From IMG/VR virus record IMGVR_UViG_3300037294_000266, positions 124,001-188,000 of that record: 64,000 nt of DNA; one strand, given 5' to 3'. Below the pieces are notes generated by a model. It ran no database searches, was not told where the DNA came from, and worked only from the letters and a program-made list of their open reading frames with translations. Both the position numbers and the translations under genes were made by a program. This document shows positions 19,127 to 29,307 of this stretch, one piece after another; the first letter of the stretch is position 1; the number at the start of each line of letters is the position of its first letter.

Positions 19127-20626
19127 TTAAAAGTTATAACCAGTCATGGGTTTACCACGAACATCGACGATGCTGTCGTTGAACTCGTTCTTGGAAGAAC
19201 CAAACTCACCAACGATTTTTGCAATGGTCTCACCCATCGCCGTAACGTCGTCATTGTTGTTAGCAATGATTGGTGACACAAGTGAATCACAGAACACCGG
19301 GAAGACGAAGTCCGCTGGGTCTTCATCATCCAACTGCATGTCGATGTGAATGTCCACACCCAAGTCTGCCTTGATACGAAGATCATAACGGCAATCTTCC
19401 CATGGCAACATTTCGATGAACAGTTCTGTCTGAAGGCGTTGCTCCAGTGCAGACAATGCGCGTTCGTCGACTTTGTTACCAAGAAGCGGCAGGACGTTGG
19501 ACACCAGGATGATCGGCTGACCACCCAATGAGGTGTTGTTGGCTTCGAACTGGATGAACCCGATCTGGTGGAACGCCATGTAGCTAGGCAGGCCACGAGC
19601 CAGGATGTTTGCAGCGATGGTCGAGTTATCGCGACCACCCCAGCTCGAAGTGGAACGGAGATCGCGCTGAACATCTTGATCAAGGAAGTAGACCTTGACG
19701 TCATCCCAATGGAAATCAGGATTCAGCGCGGCCAGCTCACCGTAGGTGATGAACCCTTGTTCCAGGATGTTGGTTTCACGCGACAGTTCAGCAAGCGGAC
19801 GCCATGATACCAAGTTCTTTTCAGGGACTTGACGACGGGCATCGGTAATCACCTTGTTGGTGTCAATGTCCATGGCGTTGTAGTTTTCACCGTACTGCTC
19901 ACCATCGGTGGCTGTAGCCAGAGCGTTGATAGAGCGGTTCAGGTAACGGGTAGACGAGTCATTCCAACGAGTGGACATGCGCAGTTGCCGATCGGCGAAA
20001 CCGAAGCGACCGTCGATGAAGTTCTCGGTCGTGGCTTTACGTTCAAACGAACGCTGCATGACAGAAGAACCGCTCGAACGGAAGATGTCGCTAGGACGCA
20101 TGGTGACGGTGCCAGGCGCAGCACGTTCACGGGAGAAGTCCGGCATGGTCTGTGGAATGATCACGTGGTTGGAACTGCAGACACGAGTCTTCCAACCACC
20201 ACCGCCACGAACACCTGTGTTGTCGTACAACTGCTCGACTTCGGTAACCGAGTTAAAGTACAGAGCCATTTCGGATGGGAACTTAATCCCACGGAGGCCG
20301 TTATGGACTTCTGCGTTATCGGTATAGCCGGAGATTTCGAGCGTGGTGAAGACTGTGTTGGAACGACGGACTTCCACAGTCATGATAAACATGTAACGCT
20401 TCTCGTCCCAACCGTTGGCAATGATTGCTTTGCCACGCGATTCGGCTACAGGACGAATGATCCGCCCGGCAGTACCTGCCAGCGATGCTGGTGTCAGGTC
20501 AGTGCCTTGGTTGGTATCGTGACACAACTGATGAATAAGGTCGTCAGTTGCATCAGCACCGAATGGACGGAGTTGCATATCGCGATACGCAGGACGTTCA
20601 CGGAAAACGATATTGATGATCTTCAT
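19127..20626 (-). CDS. picA: Putative phage-nucleus protein import factor PicA/Imp1 (phiKZ gp69-like)
   Basis: 499 aa, directly downstream of and ATGA-coupled to the sigma-like subunit, the conserved PicA position. Assignment rests mainly on synteny and size. Confidence 0.68.
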   Translation of the reverse strand: MKIINIVFRERPAYRDMQLRPFGADATDDLIHQLCHDTNQGTDLTPASLAGTAGRIIRPVAESRGKAIIANGWDEKRYMFIMTVEVRRSNTVFTTLEISGYTDNAEVHNGLRGIKFPSEMALYFNSVTEVEQLYDNTGVRGGGGWKTRVCSSNHVIIPQTMPDFSRERAAPGTVTMRPSDIFRSSGSSVMQRSFERKATTENFIDGRFGFADRQLRMSTRWNDSSTRYLNRSINALATATDGEQYGENYNAMDIDTNKVITDARRQVPEKNLVSWRPLAELSRETNILEQGFITYGELAALNPDFHWDDVKVYFLDQDVQRDLRSTSSWGGRDNSTIAANILARGLPSYMAFHQIGFIQFEANNTSLGGQPIILVSNVLPLLGNKVDERALSALEQRLQTELFIEMLPWEDCRYDLRIKADLGVDIHIDMQLDDEDPADFVFPVFCDSLVSPIIANNNDDVTAMGETIAKIVGEFGSSKNEFNDSIVDVRGKPMTGYNF

Positions 20627-22176
20627 TGCTTACTCCCCTGGGTGTTATTAACGTGGATGACCATGTCAGCCAGTTGTCGCTTGATATCGCCTGAGATATA
20701 GAAGTGCCCCATCTGCGGAAGCATTGGGATCCGTTCTACCAAATCACGCGGTGCATGTGGTTTCCAAGCACGGCCCGACATCCAATCAACCACTTGGTCG
20801 ATGGCAGTGACCGCAACGTTATTACGCTTACCCGGTTCGGAGCGCTTGGTTTCTTGACGATAATAGGGGTACTGAGCATCCAGTACTTCCAACTGTTGTT
20901 TTGTGATTTTGTTACGAGGTTCACTTGGCATGAACACATCACCATCATCACTCACGTACTCTTCTGCAGAGATCAGGACTGCAAGTTCATGGAACCCCCA
21001 GTGATCCAGCACGGCTTGTGCAATACCCATGAGACGGAAACCAGTCCGCTTCAAGAGGATCTCACGCGCCTCAGGAGAGATTGAACGAATCACCCAGTAA
21101 ATGATAGCCTTCTGGAAAGGTTCGATCGGACGCAATTCACGGCGAGAGCAGATGCTAATGCATTGTTGCACACGAGCCATCGGCACTTCACACAGTGTGC
21201 GCTTAAGGATGTTCTCAACACCCTCGCTGTACACTTCAATAACCTGCCGGTCACCTTCAGTGATCTCAGTTGTTTGCGCCATGTCATCCCAGACAGAGGA
21301 GTTATCCTCATCGCCTTTATCTAGGTTGCGATGACGCTTTGCTTGAACGACGCCTGTCACACTCTGGAAACGTCCGTCCATCCGTAGATGGGTAAACGTT
21401 ACGTAGTTAAACAAGCTGCGTGCAAGACTGTCTCGCTCAGACGTAGTAGACAACGGTCCGATTGAGATCTTACGTACCAGTGCCATTGCCATCAATAGCC
21501 GTGGTACTTCTTCAGAAGACAGTCCTGCCATGACCATGGTCATGGTGGTTTCTTTCTCCACCGATGCTTCAATGTACTCGTTCATGCGGATGTAAGGCGG
21601 CCATTCGCCAAGGCCTGCGAGTTCGATCAACTTGACCGCTTCGGATTCCTTGTACGCATTGCCATTGACACCAGTTACAGTCTGGACGTAAACCCCCCAT
21701 ACCGGAACCACGAAACGCAGACCCAGAGCCAAGGCCACCATGTCGATGTAATCCGAACGGATGTACGTACGCTCACGGTAGTTACGGCCACGGTCGCTGT
21801 ACTCTTCGAACTTCTCGCTGACATCAGCTGGGATGAGCAGGCGTGCATGTGCTACGTAGTTGCTCAGGACTTCGTAGGTAACGATTTGATAGATATCCTT
21901 AACCACCTGTTCAATTTCTGCACGTACGAAGTACGAAGAACGGAGGTCGTCGGTAGACAAGTAGTCGCGGACACGCTTATAGATTTCCCAGAGCTTGTTC
22001 TGACTGTCTTTAGGCAGCGTAGCGAGGAATTCATTAGTCTCTTTGAACAGCTCGTCACGATTGATGATAGCCGCCGAATGGTAGCTACCGGCAGAAAGGA
22101 TGATGGTCTCACCGAGATGCTCGACGCTGATCGCGGTGATACCTTTTCCTGACTTATCATGAACGTTTATTTGCAT
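20623..22176 (-). CDS. nvRNAP promoter-specificity (sigma-like) subunit (phiKZ gp68-like)
   Basis: 517 aa, largely helical, first gene of the block after an early promoter; size and position match. Confidence 0.75.
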   Translation of the reverse strand: MQINVHDKSGKGITAISVEHLGETIILSAGSYHSAAIINRDELFKETNEFLATLPKDSQNKLWEIYKRVRDYLSTDDLRSSYFVRAEIEQVVKDIYQIVTYEVLSNYVAHARLLIPADVSEKFEEYSDRGRNYRERTYIRSDYIDMVALALGLRFVVPVWGVYVQTVTGVNGNAYKESEAVKLIELAGLGEWPPYIRMNEYIEASVEKETTMTMVMAGLSSEEVPRLLMAMALVRKISIGPLSTTSERDSLARSLFNYVTFTHLRMDGRFQSVTGVVQAKRHRNLDKGDEDNSSVWDDMAQTTEITEGDRQVIEVYSEGVENILKRTLCEVPMARVQQCISICSRRELRPIEPFQKAIIYWVIRSISPEAREILLKRTGFRLMGIAQAVLDHWGFHELAVLISAEEYVSDDGDVFMPSEPRNKITKQQLEVLDAQYPYYRQETKRSEPGKRNNVAVTAIDQVVDWMSGRAWKPHAPRDLVERIPMLPQMGHFYISGDIKRQLADMVIHVNNTQGSKQ

Positions 22177-22212
22177 CGCAGGTTATCCTTGATGGTTACT
22201 GGATTCAATGAG

Positions 22213-22220
22213 ATAATGTA
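22213..22220 (-). promoter_or_regulatory. Putative early promoter core TACATTAT
   Basis: 37 nt upstream of the sigma-like gene. Confidence 0.65.
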
Positions 22221-22317
22221 TTGTCTTAAATCGTTTCAGTAAAAATACGGCAAGAGGGGATAAGGACGACACAGAGCCCTAACGGACTCTGTGTCGATTC
22301 ATCACAGGGATGATTGG

Positions 22318-23106
22318 CTATAAAGGTACGTCGTCGTCGAAGTTGAAATTGTCGCCTTGGGAGGTCTGTGCACTTTGAGCGCCCTGGTTACTTTTCCAGT
22401 TGTTATTGCCGCCACCGCCGGAGTTGTTATTGCCACCCCAGTTGTTATTGCCGCCACCACCTTGCTGTTGCTGACCGCCACCGCGATTGCCCCAGTTGTT
22501 ATTGCCGCCTTGTTGCTGACCGCCACCGGAGTTACGATCCATCCAAGCAGGACGCTTGTAATGACGCTCGATGACTTTGCCCATGTACTCACGCATTACA
22601 TCGACCCAAGCCAGTGCGTAGAGGCGTGAAGCCACTGCAACACCCATGGCACCATTACCATCACGGAAATTGTGATAGGTGGTGTCGAGGAATGGGAATT
22701 CGATCAACGGACGGTTCTTACCTGCACTGATGCAGATCGAGACGACGCCTTCGTTGTTCTTTTCGATCTTGATGCTGCTCATGATCGATGGATTCGGGTC
22801 GCGCTTCTTATCTACGAAGCGGTGGCCTTTGTTGTCCATCATGATGATGCACGCTTCTTTGCTGGTTGCCACAGCTTCTACAGCACGCATGACTGCGAAG
22901 AAGGCATGATTGCTCAGCGCCGCTTCGATCTTGCCATGGTTTTTGTCGTTCGGGACTTTAGTCTTGACGACAAGACGGGGATTGTTTTCGTAGTAGGCTG
23001 GGCGCAGGGTAGGCTCGCCTTCCATACCGTCTTCTTTTTTGCCTTTAAGGGCCAGGGCCGGATCGTCGAGGATAGTTTCCGGTTTGGCGTTCTGGTCGTC
23101 ACTCAT
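22318..23106 (-). CDS. chmC: Putative nucleus-associated RNA-binding protein ChmC (phiKZ gp67 position)
   Basis: 262 aa; beta-rich N-domain plus a G/N/Q/W low-complexity tail; immediately upstream of the sigma-like gene. Confidence 0.68.
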   Translation of the reverse strand: MSDDQNAKPETILDDPALALKGKKEDGMEGEPTLRPAYYENNPRLVVKTKVPNDKNHGKIEAALSNHAFFAVMRAVEAVATSKEACIIMMDNKGHRFVDKKRDPNPSIMSSIKIEKNNEGVVSICISAGKNRPLIEFPFLDTTYHNFRDGNGAMGVAVASRLYALAWVDVMREYMGKVIERHYKRPAWMDRNSGGGQQQGGNNNWGNRGGGQQQQGGGGNNNWGGNNNSGGGGNNNWKSNQGAQSAQTSQGDNFNFDDDVPL

Positions 23107-23180
23107 TAAAGTGTCTCCGAAATAGCATTGATAAGTTTCCCAAACTATAGAGTCTGGTCTTTATTTTTTACCCTAGACAA

Positions 23181-24050
23181 TCAATTTTTCGAGTACAGGT
23201 TACGGATCAGTTTCTCCAGCTCTGGCTCACCGGCCTTCTGGATACAACTGATAATGTAGTCCTTTGTCGTTAACGTATTCCAACGGTTCTTAGTCGCTAT
23301 ATCGAGAAGAACTCTACGATACTTGATTGGGAAACCGGTGAACAAGTTACCGCCATCACCGAAGAACTGTATGGTCATCTGATCGAATGGGATGTTCGTC
23401 AGTTCCTTACCGCCCGTCAACTTGCTGTGCCACATTGCCTGGGACTTAACCGCGCCAGTGTGAGACTCTAGTAGTGTGAGTGCTGAAAAACTATACCGCT
23501 GGAGGAGATCAACCGCGTAGCTAGTGAGCATCAGGACTTTACGAGGATCTGGCTTCAGTTCCGTGTCAGTCTCGATGATTCTAATCTGCGGTTGTTGTTG
23601 CAACAACGTCTTCAATTCGAAAACAGTGTTCTCTTCACGCAATGCTGCCATTCTCTGTCGATCTGTATTAGCATTCTTCAGAATACCGAACGGATAACGC
23701 TTCGGAATGTCCCGGTAGTTGCAAAGATATACCTGGGTTTTAACTCGACCATTTGTCGCTGAAGCAATCGCTTGCTCAACAATGGTGATCTCGTTGATCA
23801 GGGTCGCTGCCATGTCTTCAGGGAACACTGATGGCAAATCGTCAGGCGCTATCGCGCCCACCAGATTACGAACCATGGTACGGAGGTTGATGTATACAAC
23901 GTCAACCCTGTTGATGATGGGCGATTGATCATGGTTATCTTCGAGGATGCCAAACGCACCCTCTAGAGCCAAACTGGTACCAATAGAAACGGGTATCTGC
24001 CCTGTATCTCTGGCAGATACCACTTCCAACGCCCGAGGATCAGTAATCAT
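23181..24050 (-). CDS. Conserved jumbo phage protein, possible PIN/5'-3' exonuclease-like fold
   Basis: 289 aa; VVYINLRTMVRN, DTE, and FFGD segments recall FEN/T4 RNase H. Function is tentative. Confidence 0.5.
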   Translation of the reverse strand: MITDPRALEVVSARDTGQIPVSIGTSLALEGAFGILEDNHDQSPIINRVDVVYINLRTMVRNLVGAIAPDDLPSVFPEDMAATLINEITIVEQAIASATNGRVKTQVYLCNYRDIPKRYPFGILKNANTDRQRMAALREENTVFELKTLLQQQPQIRIIETDTELKPDPRKVLMLTSYAVDLLQRYSFSALTLLESHTGAVKSQAMWHSKLTGGKELTNIPFDQMTIQFFGDGGNLFTGFPIKYRRVLLDIATKNRWNTLTTKDYIISCIQKAGEPELEKLIRNLYSKN

Positions 24051-24058
24051 ACGACCTC

Positions 24059-25216
24059 CTAGGCAGCGGTGTCCTTATACTTATCAAGCACAGCAAGTAC
24101 ATTCAATACCGATGGGTCTGAATCATCTCGGCCCTGCTTCTTCATCCGATCCAACACAAGGTGTGAGATGTTAGTCGGCGTGATACTGATAGGCTTTATG
24201 GTGCGCTGCTTATCTTGAACAAGCGATTGTTTCTCCTGCTCTTTCAATTCGTCCATGTGAGTGACGATACGGAATTGAGGGAAACGGTTACGTAGGTCTT
24301 TGATACCGTGCTGTACGGCACCGCCTCGAGCGATCATGAGCCTGAAATTGGAATTGTCAGGTTCGTTCTCATACTCGACCATCATTTCGATGGTTTCGTC
24401 AACAGACAGCGTACGACAGTCAAGGGTCTTATAAATCCGAGCGCCCGTGTTCTCAACAAACCAGTGGCGATTGCCTTTAGACGAGATAATAGCGCGGTAA
24501 TGGCCCTTAGCTGACTCTTCGCCCATGGAGAGTCTATCGAAAGACCCTTGGGCTAAAATCTTTCCGCCCTTCTCAGTGCGGATGTGAACATGCCCGATCC
24601 CGATGTAATGATTAACGATCGACATGTATTTATTACTGTCATGGTTCTTCACCGACTCGATTGGGAGCTGGTAATCAAACGAACCATGCATACAGCCTAC
24701 GTCTACGCTCTCAAGGCCGTGGATGGCCATCAGTTCGTTGACTTGCTTCCAAGTGACACTGGCGTCAGCATTCCACTCATCGGGCACATACAGTACACTG
24801 AGGCCGCCGTGCTTCTCAATGATCTCGATACTTAACGTATCTACATATTTAAGATCAGCAGGAGTACCCAGTGAATTGTTGACGTTGACGAATTGCTTTG
24901 ATTGGCGCCAGTCGTGGCTAGGCGTGCCTTCAAGGACACGCACCATGATGTTCCATTTGACGCAGGTTCGAAGAAGATCGGTAATCCAATCCTGTATTGC
25001 GTCTACCTCTACTTGAGGTAAGTTCATCAGGCGGTCAAATACATCACCGGCTAAGAACAAGATATCCAATTTACCCGTTTCAGCATTATCTGGGAAGGCT
25101 TTACGCAAATTCCCGATGATGTGGTAGGTGTCGGTGCGAGGATGCGCCAAGTGGATATCTGAGATGAACGCAATGCAGACATCACATTGGTTCCACGTCT
25201 TCTTGATCAAGCTCAT
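24059..25216 (-). CDS. sbcD: SbcD/Mre11-like metallophosphoesterase nuclease
   Basis: SDIH, AGDVFD, GTPSHD, MHG and GHVH motifs; start moved to MSLIKK (AAGGA RBS). Confidence 0.88.
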   Translation of the reverse strand: MSLIKKTWNQCDVCIAFISDIHLAHPRTDTYHIIGNLRKAFPDNAETGKLDILFLAGDVFDRLMNLPQVEVDAIQDWITDLLRTCVKWNIMVRVLEGTPSHDWRQSKQFVNVNNSLGTPADLKYVDTLSIEIIEKHGGLSVLYVPDEWNADASVTWKQVNELMAIHGLESVDVGCMHGSFDYQLPIESVKNHDSNKYMSIVNHYIGIGHVHIRTEKGGKILAQGSFDRLSMGEESAKGHYRAIISSKGNRHWFVENTGARIYKTLDCRTLSVDETIEMMVEYENEPDNSNFRLMIARGGAVQHGIKDLRNRFPQFRIVTHMDELKEQEKQSLVQDKQRTIKPISITPTNISHLVLDRMKKQGRDDSDPSVLNVLAVLDKYKDTAA

Positions 25217-25775
25217 CGAAACTATTTCCTTGTATGCCAACAGCGCTCTCTGTTTTAGTCAAACCCAGAGCTCGTTCTACTTCAGAGGCATTCTCACCAA
25301 AGAGACGCTCGAGTGGAATGTTGTACCGGCGATAGATCTGTGCCCACATCAGCGAATAGACCATTGAGATAGCATCGTTCGGTGAGTAGTTAAGATGCAT
25401 GAGACGCTGGACAAACGAATCGATGACTGCTGCCGGATGGTTAGTACTGATCTCGGCTTCAAACTGTGCTGAGAGTTCACCTACATCACTGGCCGGAGTG
25501 GCAGTCATGGTACGAATAATCATCGGAGTTGGTGAGATGAGTGGCGGGATGGTGTAAAGGACTTTATTCTGGTCCTTATCACTTACCACATCAATCATCC
25601 GAAGCGGACTGCCTGCTGCTGCTACATAGATCTCGACAGGACGCTGCTTGGGGTTCTCAGGATCAGGGATCAAATGAGGAAGCAGGTGCTTGACGACTTC
25701 ACTTTCCCGTAGACGAGCATTGGAATTCTTATCCATCTCTTCCAGGGCTTCGAAATCCGAATCTGTAAGGGCCAT
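25182..25775 (-). CDS. Conserved hypothetical protein
   Basis: 197 aa, GGAGG RBS, in the core block. Confidence 0.75.
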   Translation of the reverse strand: MALTDSDFEALEEMDKNSNARLRESEVVKHLLPHLIPDPENPKQRPVEIYVAAAGSPLRMIDVVSDKDQNKVLYTIPPLISPTPMIIRTMTATPASDVGELSAQFEAEISTNHPAAVIDSFVQRLMHLNYSPNDAISMVYSLMWAQIYRRYNIPLERLFGENASEVERALGLTKTESAVGIQGNSFDELDQEDVEPM

Positions 25776-25822
25776 AATAGCCTCCTAAACAGGGTGGGGG
25801 TGCCACCCTGCTATGTAGTTGA

Positions 25823-26584
25823 TCAGTGAGTGGTCGCAGGAACGTCTACGCTCTTCACCACAGCCTGTGCTTCAGCAGCAATGGCCTCACGGTAGTCTTC
25901 AAGCGCAACGTCTTCGGTGATGAAGTAGAAGCGGCCTTGTTCAGCACCGTGGGACAGCAGCAGGTTACCGAAGGTGGTAACGAGTTGCTCACTACGCATT
26001 TGCTCAGGCAGACCTTCGCCGGTAACCCAAACGCCTTCCTTATCCAGCATTTCGATGTGGGCAAAGCCCTCTTCGGTCAGCTTGGCACGGATCACACAAC
26101 CGGGGATCATGGTGTCAACCACAACCAACTTAGGGGCACGGTTACGCGAGGACTTGGCTTTGTGCGCAATGGCATTGGCCGCCGCAATGAAGAAGCGCTG
26201 TGCCAGGGAATCGATCATGACCTCGTCTTTAAAGACCGCTTCGACGTGGGTGGCAGTCAGTTCGACAATGGTACGGTGCATGTGTTGGACTGCTTGGTTG
26301 TTGGCGACCAGCGCGGTCTCTAACGTGCTAATGCGGGCTTCCATCAGAGCAATGCGCCGCTCGGCCAGCAGTGCGGCTGATTCTGCACATTCTTCCAATG
26401 TAGGAATAGCCACGACAGCGTCAATCGTTTCAAGCATGACGGAACCTTGAACCACGTGCTTTACAACGTCGCCTACCAGCAATTTATCTGCTGTAGTGAG
26501 GCTACCATCTTCCAGTTCAAAAGCCGTGTCAGCTTCTACCAGTTTTACAGCGCCGTTGAGAGTGATGTTGAATTGCTTTGACAT
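25823..26584 (-). CDS. Hypothetical protein with Hint-like N-terminus and coiled coil
   Basis: 253 aa, GGAG RBS; heptad region at about aa 62-110. Confidence 0.75.
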   Translation of the reverse strand: MSKQFNITLNGAVKLVEADTAFELEDGSLTTADKLLVGDVVKHVVQGSVMLETIDAVVAIPTLEECAESAALLAERRIALMEARISTLETALVANNQAVQHMHRTIVELTATHVEAVFKDEVMIDSLAQRFFIAAANAIAHKAKSSRNRAPKLVVVDTMIPGCVIRAKLTEEGFAHIEMLDKEGVWVTGEGLPEQMRSEQLVTTFGNLLLSHGAEQGRFYFITEDVALEDYREAIAAEAQAVVKSVDVPATTH

Positions 26585-26599
26585 GTTGCACTCCAGTTG

Positions 26600-27016
26600 T
26601 TAAGAATCTGCCAAAAAGATTGGCTTTCCGTTGTTTTGCAGATCAATGATACTGCGTATTTTCGAATCGCTCGCTGCTACAACGTGAGCGACATCTATAC
26701 TTCGGTTACCGTCTCGTAGGATAGCAGTGATTCGTAAATCAATACTCGATCCGTTCACATCCGACTTAACCGTAAGGTCCACTTGGTCAAACTGACGTTC
26801 CAAGTAAGCACCTAGGACACGCTGGATCTCCGTTGGGAGGTCTACAGTGTTGTTACCAAGACGAGAGATGATCTCCCCCAGGCTGGCAATAGATCCTCGA
26901 TACATGTCTGACTGAGAGCGTTGAGAGATGTAGAAGTTAGACATGGCCTCATCGGCCTTTATCGTCATGTCAGTGGCAAAGCCAGCACTTCCCAATACAG
27001 GGATTACACGCGCCAT
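26600..27016 (-). CDS. Conserved small protein, possible gp25-like baseplate wedge fold
   Basis: Start at MARVIPV (CAGGAG RBS); helix followed by beta-strands typical of gp25-like domains. Confidence 0.55.
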   Translation of the reverse strand: MARVIPVLGSAGFATDMTIKADEAMSNFYISQRSQSDMYRGSIASLGEIISRLGNNTVDLPTEIQRVLGAYLERQFDQVDLTVKSDVNGSSIDLRITAILRDGNRSIDVAHVVAASDSKIRSIIDLQNNGKPIFLADS

Positions 27017-27083
27017 AAGGTTCTCCTGAGGACAAAAAGAAAGGGACACTCGTGAGGGTAAGTTGTTCACATACCATCCGCTA

Positions 27084-27114
27084 CAAAAAGAAAAGAGGGT
27101 GGCGAACCACCCTC
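27084..27114 (-). terminator. Rho-independent terminator
   Basis: GAGGGTGG-TTCG-CCACCCTC on the minus strand followed by TTTTCTTTTT. Confidence 0.75.
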
Positions 27115-27121
27115 AATCTTC

Positions 27122-27745
27122 TTACAGTGAACCATTCTCTTTATCGCTAGGATCATCCTGCCCAAGATCCAAGATAGACGAGAAGTTCGCCCACATGGAG
27201 TCACGGATGGTGGTCTGTCGTCCAAAGGTCAGTTCGGTACGGCCGTCGTCGTCTAACAGATGAAGGTACTGGGTCGCTACCGCGTTGCCCTCATCGTCAA
27301 AGTCAAACAGACCGTGAGTTACTTGCTGGTAATCAGGGTCGTCTTCGCCAAACTTCCCAGGGAAGCGTGACTTGTGAGAACCGCGATAACCGTTGATCAT
27401 GTCTTTCTCGAACAGTCGCTTGGCTCGAGGGTTAGCCATGATCCAGCGTTGTTGCTCTGGTCCGGCCTGTTGGAAGTCGCCGATGTTGCACATCGGACGA
27501 ATTTCGTCATGGTCGAACAGGTGAGTGATGCGGCGTTTCAGTGCATCAATCTTTCGCTCGATCTTATCGAAGTTAAATGAGTTGAAACGACCCATTGCTC
27601 GGTCGTACATCTCACTACCCACCATTCCATAGGAACGTGCGGTATTCTCTAACCGACTACGGATAGCTGCACGGTCTTCAGACCGGGGGAGACCATAGTG
27701 CATGGCTCCAAATTCCGTGTCGTCAGCGTAGATAGCTATCGCCAT
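27122..27745 (-). CDS. Conserved Chimalliviridae core hypothetical protein
   Basis: 207 aa, AAGGAG RBS, directly after nvRNAP beta'-N. Confidence 0.75.
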   Translation of the reverse strand: MAIAIYADDTEFGAMHYGLPRSEDRAAIRSRLENTARSYGMVGSEMYDRAMGRFNSFNFDKIERKIDALKRRITHLFDHDEIRPMCNIGDFQQAGPEQQRWIMANPRAKRLFEKDMINGYRGSHKSRFPGKFGEDDPDYQQVTHGLFDFDDEGNAVATQYLHLLDDDGRTELTFGRQTTIRDSMWANFSSILDLGQDDPSDKENGSL

Positions 27746-27755
27746 AACTCACTCC

Positions 27756-29219
27756 TTATACAGATAGTTGATCACCCTCGATGATCCAGTTGGTGATAGA
27801 TGCGATCAACGGCGCCGGCAGCGTCGTATTACGCGAGACCGAGAACGGTTTGTTCAGGTCCATTACACCAGTGACCGGGTCATGACGGCTCATGATCTTC
27901 GCGTTCTTGTTGTCCAGCGGCAGTTCGCCCCAGAGCGCGTCACCATCGAAGTCAGCGTTTTTGTCGATCAGGTTCAACGGCGACATCGAGATGGTGTTGT
28001 CAGTTGGATCAAACTTGATGCTGTCGATCTGGTTGTACCCTACCGAACCACGGGTCAGGGTTGGGTTACGACCAAATATGGTTGGGATGGTTCCGTTGGG
28101 TGACTCTGCCAACAGTTCCTTGAACAGCCTATCCAGCTCCGGGTGCCAGCGTAGCGTGTTCTCGTAAATCATCGCCTGCATCTCATTGGGCGTGTAGCCC
28201 TGAGGGAGCAGTTTGTTCTGCAGATGCACTTTGAACAACAGTACGCTCAACGACCAAGGCATCTCGATCGCGTCCTGACGGTGAGGCTTCTGTCGGGATG
28301 TGATAACTCCACGAAACCCCCAATACGGACGAGTACCGTAAATCAACTTACGTGCCACGCCGGGCTTACGGAAGATGATGTCTGCCTCGAAAGTCTTGTA
28401 GTAACTATCAAAGCTGAGTAGCGCACTTACAACGCGAGCTTCTTTAAGCGGTTGTGCCAATGGCAACTGGCTGTCAGAGGCTTCACGATTATCAACCCCG
28501 ATCAGGATGTGCGCTGCGTTAACAGCGTCAACCATCTTAGGGTCGGCAGTGATGCGGTTGTTTGCACTTTCCTTAATGAAGCTAAGGCGAGTAGGGAACG
28601 GGAGGTATTGCGAGAACGTTCTGTCAAGGTTCTCCTGCAAGAAACGCAAGATCTTCTTACGGCGTCGTGCAGATGCCGATGGGCCGACTAGCCCAGCCTT
28701 GAATAAACCGGTGATAATTGATTCGTAGTTAAGGACGAAGTTGTTATAACCGCGTGTTATCTCCAGACGCTCCAACTTACGCAGCTTATCAGGCGGCAGG
28801 TTGTTGGGAGCAATGTACCGAGGGTTACACAGATGCTCGAGGATACTGAAGTTGGAGTGGGTTAGGTTCTTCGAAAGAATCCGCCACACTGTCAGGTTGA
28901 TGAATGATTCGATCCCAGCCGGTACACGTAGCCACAGGAGAGACTCCATTGGCTTTTCAGTGATCGGTGTGACCAACGACAGACACTCTTTACAACGAAT
29001 GCCGTAGTTATCCATACTCGTGATTTCACCGCAATCGCAGCTTGCACTGCTACTCAGCGAATCCCCATCGAGACTGGCATAAATCAGGTTGTTGAGCTTC
29101 GCACGATCGGCCTCAAGGTCGATGTTGAAGTCATTCATCATGATTGCCGGGTGTTGCAGCCGATGAAACTTCTCATCGTAACCAATCACTCGAAGGTAGA
29201 CGCCCTTACGATTCTTCAT
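27756..29219 (-). CDS. Non-virion RNA polymerase beta' N-terminal catalytic subunit (phiKZ gp55-like), intron-free
   Basis: Zn site CDC...CKEC, GRNPTL, catalytic NADFDGD; start moved to MKNRKG (AAGG RBS). Confidence 0.93.
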   Translation of the reverse strand: MKNRKGVYLRVIGYDEKFHRLQHPAIMMNDFNIDLEADRAKLNNLIYASLDGDSLSSSASCDCGEITSMDNYGIRCKECLSLVTPITEKPMESLLWLRVPAGIESFINLTVWRILSKNLTHSNFSILEHLCNPRYIAPNNLPPDKLRKLERLEITRGYNNFVLNYESIITGLFKAGLVGPSASARRRKKILRFLQENLDRTFSQYLPFPTRLSFIKESANNRITADPKMVDAVNAAHILIGVDNREASDSQLPLAQPLKEARVVSALLSFDSYYKTFEADIIFRKPGVARKLIYGTRPYWGFRGVITSRQKPHRQDAIEMPWSLSVLLFKVHLQNKLLPQGYTPNEMQAMIYENTLRWHPELDRLFKELLAESPNGTIPTIFGRNPTLTRGSVGYNQIDSIKFDPTDNTISMSPLNLIDKNADFDGDALWGELPLDNKNAKIMSRHDPVTGVMDLNKPFSVSRNTTLPAPLIASITNWIIEGDQLSV

Positions 29220-29249
29220 TCGCTGACCTTCTCTTATTGACACCGTTTG

Positions 29250-29294
29250 AAAAATAAAAGGCATAGCAAGGGGGAGCACATGCTCCCCCTGCTA
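29250..29294 (-). terminator. Terminator after chimallin
   Basis: AGGGGGAGC-loop-GCTCCCCCT stem followed by TTTTTATTTT on the minus strand. Confidence 0.75.
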
Positions 29295-29307
29295 CTAACA
29301 GCTTGGC

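Noticed and set aside
18371-20701. Long + strand ORFs (301 and 290 aa) opposite the gp70-like and PicA genes
   Set aside because: Antisense shadows of conserved core genes.
22395-22525. Three near-identical ~20-nt direct repeats resembling a mini CRISPR array
   Set aside because: They encode the GGGNNNW peptide repeats of ChmC; the spacers are short and also low-complexity.
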